DNA of 64,000 nt from Schmidtea polychroa (Eukaryota): NCBI GenBank assembly GCA_044892525.1, contig CM097885.1:1116001-1180000 (forward strand), given 5' to 3'. The position numbers and the translations under genes were made by a program. Positions 49,157 to 61,300 of the stretch are shown here, one piece after another (position 1 is the first letter of the stretch; each line of letters opens with the position of its first letter). The notes below the pieces were generated by a model that was given only the letters and a program-made list of their open reading frames with translations, did not search any database and was not told the DNA's origin.

Positions 49157-51079
49157 GGGATGTAGACCAGTCGTCCACCGTAAACACTACTTTAACCACT
49201 GGAACAATCATGTGAGTCATATCAAATGTCTTAAGTGAATAAGGAAGTTTGGAATTAGAGTCGACACCACGCACTATATAGTCGCGAAGTCCAGCTAAGT
49301 GTTTTTAGGGATAAAATCATCACATCATGCTTGCCGAGATTGATTCTCAACAAGCTCTCAAAGGAGGGCATAGCCATAAGACCTCGCCAGTTTAGAGTGA
49401 CTGCTCCAAAACCTACCTCATATGCTCCTTTATTTTTAATCCATTGTGTGACTTCATCCACTTGATACTTTCCTGCCTTCTCAGTATTTCTAGTATAAAG
49501 ATTCTCGTTGTCGTTGATGATCTGGACGTCCAGAACCATCGCTTGGTTGTCTTTAAGAAGAATAAGATCCGGTTTGCGGTAGCTCTCCTTGTAGGGAGTA
49601 ATCGGTTCTATTAATGCCTCCCACCCTTTGCTCCGTGCCGCAGACACTATATAATTAACTAACTTATTGTGCCTTTTTACTCTCAGACCATGCAAGTCTG
49701 GGCACTTCTGAGCAACCGACTTTACATATAAGAGGTCCTTTTGCATGCATTCTACTGATCCTAGTGGGTGTATACATTAAACTACCTCTCACTTTTACTG
49801 CATTGATGAAAGTTCGACCAGTCATCAATTTCCCTCGTGCAGTTAACAATTTGTGTGCACACTGCACTTCTTTGGCTTCACAAAGCCCTTTACCATCTAA
49901 CTTACTATAAAGATTCATAGCAGTGGCTTCGTAGTATTGTTTCTTGGTGGCTATTGGCGTCTCTTGTAGGAACAACGGTTTATTCCATTTTGCCAATTGT
50001 GACCTGACCGCTTCGTTCTCGGCCAATAAGCTTATCTTCTCATCCCTGCACTCTTCAATACGTCTAAGCCTATCACGCTTCGCAAATAGTACCTCTGTCA
50101 ACAGGGCTGGCACACCCAGCCCCCCATTTTTAATTTTACTATTTATAAATGATGAACAAGTATCGGTTGGCAGGTGTAACCATTTGCGAACCGGGCCTCT
50201 AGTCATTTTATCCAATACCCCTAATTCGGTGGTATCGGTTTCCCCCAGCACAGCCTCATGTAAGATACCTGGTATCAAAAAGTCACTAAGCACCTCTAAC
50301 TTTTGTTGCGGCTTAATAGGTGCCCTCGTAATATACTCAAGACGCTTAGTATAAAGATTGGATAGCTTTTTAGTAGTGCGACCAAGGGCTCCAAATTGGA
50401 TCCCAAAATACTTATAGTAGTCGTCAGGTGACATGGCAGGGAACTCTTCCCCATCAGCACTTACCTTTTCGCTAGTAACCATCCATTTTTTCTGCTTACC
50501 GTCCCCTCGCGCTATAATGGAGGCACCTTAAAAGCGATTCAGGATAACCCGCTAATTTCGCCGCTCTCATGATACTATCATGATTCACAGAATCGAAGGT
50601 CTTTTTCATATCGACAAAGGCAATTGCTACATTCCTAAATTTAGTTCGCGCATCAGAAAGGATGCAATCCAGCAAAGTGGTGTTTTCAAGGCACCCATCC
50701 ACTGGCTAGCTTGAAGAGCGGAGCATGCGGTATAGTTCTCAAGGCCTTCGCGCTAATGCCGTCAGGACCACTAGCCGTGTGCAGCTACTGACTTATCCTC
50801 AGTTGTCCTCTGGACAGGCCGGGTATCGGGTTTAGACTCTTTTTCGAAAACCTGTTTCCAATAGTCCCCTCTACCCGGCATTGGATCATCCTCCAACAGC
50901 AGACTATCCAGCTTACCTTCAAGGATAGTGCTAGCGGCCGCACTTCGATCCTTCTGGAATAATCTCTGCAAATCCCCATAAATAGCTCTCTTCTTAGCTA
51001 CCTTTATGTGCTTTTTAACCTTTGTACCATCCACGGGGACCTGGTACGTTTGGTTAAACTTGTTTTTCCTCTTTTTGAG

Positions 51080-52835
51080 TTTTACTTGAAACTGCTTAGT
51101 TACTGATAAGCAATATTCATCAAGCAAAACTCGTTGAGAATTTTCATCTTCAGTAAGGATGATCCTATCCAGTTGGTCCTCATGCCAAATGCTATGACCC
51201 TTGCTCCGAGGGAATTTCCTTAAAATAGTCATGATGCCTGGAGATGGACTCGGGGCTTGTAGGTTCTCCATCGCCTGCTCCATCGCCTGCTCCATCGCCT
51301 GCTCCATGCCCATCCCCTTCATCTTGTCTTCTAACTCTTTAAACACTGCTTTATATTTATTACTATCTAAGTGTTTGCGAATGGATTCCTTTGAACGTTT
51401 GAAGGCTGAACATCCAAGGTGAAGTATATCAAGAAGGTGAGATTGAGGTCTATAACGATTTTCAAGGTGAAGTTGAGCCATGAGGAGCTCTTCTTCATTA
51501 CTCCAGTAATAAGCAGGTTTATTGGAAAGTTTCCTCAAGATGGCCTCATCACGTAAGGTGCGATGGGATTTAGATATTTTACTTGAAACTGCTTAGTTAC
51601 TGATAAGCAATATTCATCAAGCAAAACTCGTTGAGAATTTTCATCTTCAGTAAGGATGATCCTATCCAGTTGGTCCTCATGCCAAATGCTATGACCCTTG
51701 CTCCGAGGGAATTTCCTTAAAATAGTCATGATGCCTGGAGATGGACTCGGGGCTTGTAGGTTCTCCATCGCCTGCTCCATCGCCTGCTCCATCGCCTGCT
51801 CCATCGCCTGCTCCATGCCCATCCCCTTCATCTTGTCTTCTAACTCTTTAAACACTGCTTTATATTTATTACTATCTAAGTGTTTGCGAATGGATTCCTT
51901 TGAACGTTTGAAGGCTGAACATCCAAGGTGAAGTATATCAAGAAGGTGAGATTGAGGTCTATAACGATTTTCAAGGTGAAGTTGAGCCATGAGGAGCTCT
52001 TCTTCATTACTCCAGTAATAAGCAGGTTTATTGGAAAGTTTCCTCAAGATGGCCTCATCACGTAAGGTGCGATGGGATTTAGATATTTTACTTGAAACTG
52101 CTTAGTTACTGATAAGCAATATTCATCAAGCAAAACTCGTTGAGAATTTTCATCTTCAGTAAGGATGATCCTATCCAGTTGGTCCTCATGCCAAATGCTA
52201 TGACCCTTGCTCCGAGGGAATTTCCTTAAAATAGTCATGATGCCTGGAGATGGACTCGGGGCTTGTAGGTTCTCCATCGCCTGCTCCATCGCCTGCTCCA
52301 TCGCCTGCTCCATGCCCATCCCCTTCATCTTGTCTTCTAACTCTTTAAACACTGCTTTATATTTATTACTATCTAAGTGTTTGCGAATGGATTCCTTTGA
52401 ACGTTTGAAGGCTGAACATCCAAGGTGAAGTATATCAAGAAGGTGAGATTGAGGTCTATAACGATTTTCAAGGTGAAGTTGAGCCATGAGGAGCTCTTCT
52501 TCATTACTCCAGTAATAAGCAGGTTTATTGGAAAGTTTCCTCAAGATGGCCTCATCACGTAAGGTGCGATGGGATTTAGATATTTTACTTGAAACTGCTT
52601 AGTTACTGATAAGCAATATTCATCAAGCAAAACTCGTTGAGAATTTTCATCTTCAGTAAGGATGATCCTATCCAGTTGGTCCTCATGCCAAATGCTATGA
52701 CCCTTGCTTCGAGGGAATTTCCTTAAAATAATCATGATGTCTGGAGATGGACTCGGGGCTTGTGGGTTCTCCATCGCCTGCTCCATGCCCATCCCCTTCA
52801 TCTTGTCTTCTAACTCTTTAAACACTGCTTTATAT
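51080..52835 (-). repeat. ~500-bp head-to-tail repeat (3.5 copies) of the R2-like Myb region
   Basis: Junctions at ~51577, 52086, 52583; internal 12-bp MEQA repeat varies 3/4/3/1. Confidence 0.93.
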
Positions 52836-55800
52836 TAAAAAAAAAATCAAATTTTATTTTAATCAAAACGCGGGCCCCAAGGCCAGGAAGGGGAGATCGA
52901 TTCTCACCCTTAAGAATTCTGCATCTTTTAATCAAATAATCGAAGGATATCAGAACGTGTTCATTTCGGTTATCATGTCATCAGGAGTAAGGATTTTTGG
53001 AGAGGCAGTGATGATCGGATTATTATTGTTGTCGAGGTCGGTATTGGAATTGAAGTTGATGAATTAGCATGGATATTTGATCTAGATGCTCAGTCGTAAG
53101 GGGTTCGGATAGGTCTTGATAGTTTGAGTTGATGGAGTTTATGAGTTCCGATATGGAAGTTGGATGGTCTTCATTAAGTTGATCATTTTCTTGGTTATTT
53201 TGGTGGATAAGTCTGGGTATTTGATTCAGATCTTCAGTAGCAAGGCGTTCGGAGAGGTCTGGATTTTGGTTAGTAGGATCATCAGGAGGCTTTTATAGCT
53301 AGTCTCTGAGTATTGGAGGTCAGCCATTTGCAGGGAGGGCATGATCTAAATAAAAAAGTTTCGGGGCAGGAAGGCTCCCATGCGAAGTTTATAGCGAGAA
53401 ATAAGTACTTATTATAATATATATTATAAGGAGTTAGTGAAGGTTGAGGTAAGTATATTAGTATTAATAGTTAATAGAGGTGTTGATTATAGTATCAATA
53501 GTATAATAATAATGATTATAGTATTAATAAAAACAACTAAAAAGACCACCAAATAGGCAGAACCTAATCTCATTCCAGTGAGCAAATTCAGAGAAAGGAA
53601 AGGTGGCAAAGAAGGTTACATAGTTATGCTGAATAAGTGCATTTCCTATGAATGGGTCTACAAAAATAGAAGAGTTTTTCAAGGCATTTGAAAAGATATA
53701 TGCCTTGATTGCATGTTGTGACCATCATGTCGACTCCTTCTCAACATTATTACCGAAGATAAGGGTATCAGGAAGGGGACGGGTGACAATTTCGCTTTCA
53801 GAGAAGGTAGCCTCAAATTCTTGCGACTCAAGAATTGGGCGCAAGTTGTTCACATTTTCAGGGGGGCTATCCTGTATCTGGGAGATCACAAGCGGAGTGG
53901 GGATATTGCCTGGATACACATAAGGTTCTGGGTGATATTCGAGGATATGTTGTCGAATAAGGTGATGGGAGATCCATGATCCACAGAAGCAGTATAAAAA
54001 GAAGCAGGGTAAAAGATAAGTTTTTTATGTTTGACCTTTATGTGGTTAATAATGGTCATAAGGGGGGTGTCGATGTCAAAGATGGTTTTACATTTATTGC
54101 GATTTTTACTATAGTTGAAGCATATGAGGTTATTGGAGGGTGAAATCCGGATTTCAGCGCGGCTCATATATTCCAGGTCGCATTGGTCTATGTGTTGAAA
54201 GTGGGTGATGTGATTATAAATTTGTTTGAAAGTTATTGGATTTGGCGCAAATTTAATCTCACCAGGAGTTCTACATTGAATGCAATCGATAAGAGAATTT
54301 TCGTCAATTTTTAATCTATGAAAGTCCCACGCGTGCTTAAAGATTTTTTTGCGATTATGGACAGAAACAGGACAGCAAAGTGTTGTCCTGCATTTGGACC
54401 TGCATTCGATTTTGCCCCTACCATTAAGTTTGAGAAGTATTTTGTTATCAAGTTCACTCTCATCTGCTGTTTTTGGGACGAAGGTATTGTGTGTGTGTTT
54501 GGCCAATGTTATGGGTGTGAGGTATTTAGGAGATGGGGCAGGGATATTATTCGCAATCACTTGTATTTTTTTATTAAATACTTCCATTTGTGATTGTATT
54601 CTTAATGCCTCTTGGATTTCGTTGCATTCAGATTCAGAAGGAGTAGGTGCGGTGACTTTAGGTGTACTGCTAAGCTCAGTAGCGTTTGTAGTTTTAGATT
54701 GGATAAATTCAGGCGTATTATGAAGACAGGCAGTTGTCATAGGGTTGTCAGTGTTGTTGTTGGAAGAGGCTGTGGGCTGGAGAGGTGGTTCTTGGTCGAT
54801 AGAGGCTACACTGCTGCTCGATAGATTCACATCATCTATGTCCGAGTTAAAAAGATCATTATTTGGCTGGGGATTTACAAGAGATTGAGAAGGGTTTTGA
54901 GGAGTTTGAGAATTAGACTCATCTATTGGAAGGGGGTCAATGGTGTCATCAAGGTCACAGCTGTAGTGTGAAGTGTCAAGAATGTATTCAGAGCAAGAGG
55001 AGGACAAGGGGTTAGGAGAGAGATCAGAGTCATTGTCAATAGTATCATTTAATGGAGAGCGTTTAACATGGGGAAGGGCAATGAGGGAATCATCAGTATT
55101 GTTCTCATAATTATTAATTTTATTTTTATTTTTATAAATAGAGTAGAGGGTTGTGTATTTACCCTTACGTATGATTTTTTTAACAAAACAAGATTTTATT
55201 ACTTTACTATTGTTATCGTTAAAAATTGGAGGAAGGGTTTTAAGATCCTTGGGCTTATGGATGAAATCATTCGGGATAGGCTCAGAATAATGACGTTTCA
55301 AGGAAGTTCCAAGGTTTTTATTAGAAAGAGTTTGAGGTATAGTGTAAGTATTTCGATTGTCAGGTACATAATTAGCCATATTCACAGGAGAAAGAAAGGT
55401 ATCAGTTGTTTGTGAGTTTGGAGTTTGATTATAAACTAAGTTGTTTAAGGTAGGTTCAGAACTAACGAGCTTTTCGCTGAAGGTGACAGTCTTTGAAGAG
55501 GCGAGTCGGCCGCAGGAACACGAGAAAAATTTTTTTGAGAAAGAGTGTGGTTAAATAAGTGATATTTAAACAAAGAAAAGTCTTTATTTAAAATAGATAG
55601 TTTATTTAAATTAATAAATTTTGATATATTTTGTATTATAATATTAATTAACTCACTAGAAAATCCATTAAAAGGGACTTCTGTGAAGTTTGTATTTTTA
55701 TACTCCATAATTAATTTTTTAATGATATATTTAATTTTATTTTTAAAAAATTTCTCATATTTATAATTAATTTGATTATCACAATAATTATTCAAATTCT

Positions 55801-56630
55801 TATTTAAGTTATCACTATTTTTAAATTTATCATTACAAGTTAAATTATCATTATCATGAGAGTCATAAGTATAATTATTAGAAGGTCTAAAATTATTAAT
55901 ACTATAATCTCTATAATAATTTTGATTATGATTACCCTTTTTTAATAAGTGAATCTTTCGAGCTGGGCAAAAAGTTTTCCAAGAGGTGGCATATATATCG
56001 GGAGTTTCATTCACTTTAGCATTCTTCTCAGAATAGTATCTCTTAGGCATACGGTTCACTTCATTGTTACAGGTAAGAGAACTTCCATTATTGATCGGCT
56101 CCTTGTGATTAATTGTATCCGTTATTTTAGTACGTGCTGTGGCAAATGTGCCATATTGCTTGAGGATCATCCTAACCGGGCAGTAAGATCTGATTTTCCT
56201 CGTTTCATATGTATCAGCAGGTGATTCGTCGGGTGGGGTCTCATCGGTTCTATATATATGTTTAGGATGCAATAAATTTACTTTATCGATTGGTTTATCT
56301 CTGGAAGAAGAGCCTCTCCCATGTGGATCTGAGGGGCCGAAGGAGATACATGAGGTCGAATATCATCAGCTCTATTAAAAAGTTTAGATAGTAATAACAA
56401 TAAGTTGTTCTTAATATTGTCTCCATTATTGGAGCTTCTTCCATCCAGGTAGGTATTATTATTCCTGGAATCCTGGATTATTTTTGATCAAAGAAAAACT
56501 TTTTTGAGAAAGAGTTGTTGTGGGAGTTCTTTCGTGTTAGATATCCTCCCACATGATGTTATTGAGTTATTGAGTTATTGAGTTCAATTAGGTTATTTAA
56601 ATGAAAATCATTTATATGGTTTTTTCTGCC
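52836..56630 (-). mobile_element. NeSL-like element N-terminal half (low-complexity ORFs, Cys/His region, degenerate Ulp1-like), RT absent
   Basis: ORFs 55445-56272 and 53886-55385 (LLKLNGRGKIECR similar to LFKLGSEGYLKCR in ORF 1726-5922); FVDPFIGNALIQHNYVTFFATFPF. Confidence 0.65.
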
Positions 56631-56726
56631 CAGTGCTCTTGAATGCTATATAGAGGCAATTCTGCTAAGCACTGGTAAACGGCGGGATTCTCGAATATCT
56701 TGTCAAAAATTTTCATTGGTATCATA

Positions 56727-58361
56727 TCGTTCTCGGCCAATAAGCTTATCCTCTCATCCCTGCACTCTTCAATACGTCTAAGCCTATCACGCTTCGCAAA
56801 TAGTACCTCTGCCAACAGGGCTGGCACACCCAGCCCCCCATTTTTAATTTTACTATTTATAAATGATGAACAAGTATCGGTTGGCAGGTGTAACCATTTG
56901 CGAACCGCGCCTCTAGTCATTTTATCCAATACCCCTAATTCGGTGGTATCGGTTTCCCCTAGCACAGCCTCATGTAAAATACCTGGTATCAAAAAGTCAC
57001 TAAGCACCTCTAACTTTTGTTGCGGCTTAATAGGTGCCCTCGTAATATACTCAAGACGTTTAGTATAAAGATTGGATAGCTTTTTAGTAGTGCGACCAAG
57101 GGCTCCAAATTGGATCCCAAAATACTTATAGTAGTCGTCAGCTGACATGGCAGGGAACTCTTCCCCATCAGCACTTACCTTTTCGCTAGTAACCATCCAT
57201 TTTTTCTGCTTACCGTCCCCTCGCGCTATAATGGAGGCACTCTTACTTGGATTAACACTAAGGCCATTAGAAACCAATTCATTTAAAACCGTTGTTAACA
57301 GGTGTTCTAACACCGCTTTGGTTTCACTAACTATTACTAAGTCGTCGGCATACGCCAAAATGGGATAGGTTATTCCCCCCACCTTATAGCCAATACCAGT
57401 TTCATATGCTTTCTGGATGGCAAGATCGATGACATTGTTGAACAGCGCGGGTGAAAGCTGGTCGCCCTGTTTCACCCCCCTGTTAAACTTTGCCTCAATG
57501 CCATCGACCGTAGTTGTAGCATTGTTATAGCTCTCTTTAACATACCTTAAAAGCAATTCGGGATAACCCGCTAATTTCGCCGCTCTCATGATACTATCAT
57601 GATTCACAGAATCGAAGGCCTTTTTCGTATCGACAAAGGCAATTGCTACATTCCTAAATTTAGTTCGCGCATCAGAAAGGATGCAATCCAGCAAAGTGGT
57701 GTTTTCAAGGCACCCATCCACTGGCTTAAACCCCTTCTGTGCATTCGAACCCCAGCGACAACTACTTACTCTTGCCGCCAAGATCTTATTAAGTGTCCTA
57801 GTTAACACTGAGTTAACGGAAATAGGCCTATAGTCCCCTGGACTTTTGGGGTTTTCAACTTTTGGGATTAATGAGGTTCGTGCTGTCTTTAATACTGGGG
57901 GTAAATGTCCTAGAGCTAATATAAGATTAAACAACTTGAAGAGCGCAGCATGCGGTATAGTTCTCAAGGCCTTCGCGCTAATGCCGTCAGGACCACTAGC
58001 CGTTTTCAATTTCATCTTTTTCACAGCAGCTGCGATCTCCTTCAATGAGATGTGTGCAGCTACTGACTTATCCTCAGTTGTCCTCTGGACAGGCCGGGTA
58101 TCGGGTTCAGACTCTTTTTCGAAAACCTGTTTCCAATAGTCCCCTCTACCCGGCATTGGATCATCCTCCAACAGCAGACTATCCAGCTTACCTTCAAGGA
58201 TAGTGCTAGCGGCCGCACTTCGATCCTTCTGGAATAATCTCTGCAAATCCCCATAAATTGCTCTCTTCCTAGTTACCTTTATGTGCTTTTTAACCTTTGT
58301 ACCATCAACGGGGACCTGGTACGTTTGGTTAAACTTGTTTTTCCTCTTTTTGAGTTTTACT
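56727..58361 (-). mobile_element. R2-like copy 3, internal fragment with uninterrupted RT domain (ORF 56612-58246)
   Basis: YRPIS, QKGF, AFDSV, GVKQGD, YADD, GGLGV; near-identical to 5453-7083. Confidence 0.9.
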
Positions 58362-61300
58362 CAAGTCACTTTAGGTTTACATTGATATTGCATCCCTATC
58401 GTGAAGTTTGAACCTAACAGGTGTAGGATTCAACCTGTTAGGTGGGCATATTTTTTTCTAGGTGGTCATTGAGATGAGTCCACAATTCATCCATTATTCT
58501 TCTTATCATCCATTATTGAAGTTTCTGTGATGATCATATGTTTTCCTTGATCCATGGATCACTTTTTGAATCATTTTGTTTCTCATCTCCTTTGTGTCTT
58601 CGTATGTTAGACCAAGTTGACGGATGATATCATTATTCCTGATATCCCATGTTCCCAATGAGCAGACAACAAAGGTAAAGATTTTTGTTGGAAGTCCTGT
58701 TTTGGCTTGGATTTCTTTAGCAATTTCTCTGTATTTTTCTATATTTGCATCCCGTGCCCTTTCAATAGCCGATTCTTCATCAAATGGGCATTTTATATCA
58801 ATAATCATTATCTTTCCTTTCAGTCTAACTACGAGATCTGGTCTTAAATTACAGCTTATTTCTTTTGGAATCGAATCTTTTTCAAAGTGGATATTCTTAT
58901 TTTTCAACACTCCGGCTAATATGTTCATTATTGTGTTATGTTTTTCGACTCGGCTCCATTGTCCAGCCAGGCAATGGTTGATTACATGACTTGCGGATTC
59001 TTTGTCTTCGCATTTTCTACATTTTGTGCTTCCAAGCCTTCCTCCTTGGTTTGCTTGCTTCATGGCTACATCTAGCATATTTGTTCTGGCTTTTATCAGG
59101 AATCTCCAGTCAGCATTTGGGAGACCTTTTGGCATTTTTCATTCCATGTTTTCGGATTTCTTTAGGTTTATTATATATCCTTGACATTTGAGACCACTCC
59201 ATTGTTTGTAGTATGCATCTTTGATCATCCAGTGAAGAGTCTTAGATAAATCACTTAGTTCTTTTAGGCATTCCTCATCTTCCTGCGTTTTGCATTTGAT
59301 TTTACATATTAAACATCCTTCTTCCAATATAATCCGCAGCGTTATTCCATGTTTCTTATTTAGAGTTTGGATTGATTCTCTTACTCTTGTAAGCCATGTC
59401 GTTTTGGCATTGGTATTTTTCTTATATTTGTGTGTACCATCAAGCCATTTTAGAGCGTCTTCCAGTGAATTTATTTCTTTTTCGGATCTCAGTCTGGCAA
59501 CTTCAATAAGTTCTTCATGTATTATAAATCTGATTGCCTTATGATCACTAGTTATCAGTTTTAAGGTACGATTTATTGTTTGGATTATTTGTTCATCAAT
59601 TACTTTCGTGATACCGAGTCCTCCTTTTTCTCTTGGGGAGTATATAACCAGGTCTGTAAAGGCGCTGTTTTCCTGGAGTTGAAGGATATCTTCTTTAATT
59701 TTCTTTTTTATTTCATCATCATATTTATTTATGTTTATCTTTGAGATGTCTTCGCCTTGCAATACATACACAAATTTTGATTGGCCAAATGTGTTATATG
59801 CTTCCAATTTTTGATCGTTTCGTAGATTAGATTTGAATATAGCTTCCATTTTTTCTTTTACCTCAGAGAACAGAGTATTTAAGTCCTTTTTCTTTGAGTG
59901 CCCAATTCTTACTCCAAGATAGGTATACACATTTTCTTGATTAACTAATTTTATCTCTTCATTATAGATCTTGACTCTTGAGGATTTATCTTTAGAGTCT
60001 CTATAATAACCACATTTTGCCGGTTTGAATATGAGGTTTGCGAGATTAGCCAGCTCTTCAATTTTCCCCAATAACAGTTGAAGATCAATTGCTGAATTTG
60101 CGATAATTACGAGGTCATCAGCGTATGCTAGGATATTAATTTCTTGTCCAGCAACTACTGCCCCTTTCTTCATACTTGTAATGCCTTGTATCAAGTATTG
60201 TATGCACAGACTGAAAAGGGTCATAGATAGAGGGCATCCTTGCTTGACACCTTTTACAATTTTTATTCTTTCAGATTCAGTTTTTCCACTTTTATATCTT
60301 GTGACATTATCTTTATAGATTTCTTTTATAAGTTCAATAGTATTTGTGTCTAGTCCCATTATTCCCAACGTATGCCAGATTACAGGAAAAGGGATGCTTC
60401 CAAAGGCGTCAGCCAGATCCAGAAACGCTAGGTGACACTCTTCATTTTTATATTTTAATCTGTTGGATTTCTCTATGAGAGCTTGGATGATGTAATTATG
60501 TTCATCACAACCATTGGCCTTATCCACTGCCTTTTGCCATGGGGATATTAATTTTCCCTCGTTTGCCCATTGCAGTACTCTGACGTTCAGAATCTTCATG
60601 AACAATCTGTAGCTAGTAGGTAAGATTGCAATTGGCCTCCAGTTCGCCGGATTGTTGCTTTCTGCGTGTTTGCCAGGTTTTATTATTAATGTTGTGCCGA
60701 AGTCTTTCCATATATCAGGGACTATATGTGTTCTTTTTATATAATTAAATATTTCAAATAGGACTCCATCTTCCATCCATTTTTTCCACTGTCTAATGGG
60801 GATATTGTCTTCTCCAGGTGCTGAATCACTGGTTTTTTTAATTGCCAATTCAATCTCTTTGTCATCTATTTCTGGCTTTGTTTTCCAGTCCTGGTGATGT
60901 TGGTATTTGATCTTGCATTCCTCAATTACTGGGCTTTCCTTGACAAAATAAGTATCCAGAATACTTTTTCCAAGATCTATTGGAGCAGATTCGTCTTTAT
61001 ATATCTCTTTGACTGCTCTTTTTGGGGCTATTGCATATAGTCTTTGTAGCTGATAGGAGCATTTTGTGATCTTGAATTTACCCTTTTTACTATTTCTCAA
61101 CTCCGGGATTGTGCTATTATATTTATCAGTAAACCATTGTAGGGTGCTGTTTATATCCATCTGTAATAGTTTCAGTTTTTGTAATATTTCTTGGATTTCA
61201 ACGTCCGGGTTGATTGCCTTTCTGTTCTTACTTTCTTTTAGTTCTTTAATTATCAGGTTTCCGATTATATTCCTGATTTTTGTTGAGTCAGGAGTCTGAT

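Larger units (their letters stand above)
48920..52835 (-). mobile_element. R2-like copy 2: 3' UTR, RLE endonuclease, deleted RT, tandemly amplified Myb region
   Basis: RHN, EP..KPDLI..VLDVQI..KAGKY, LNWRG in ORF 49255-49746; RT remnants; Myb-like WSNEEELLMA..RSKESIRKH; 3' boundary approximate. Confidence 0.88.
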
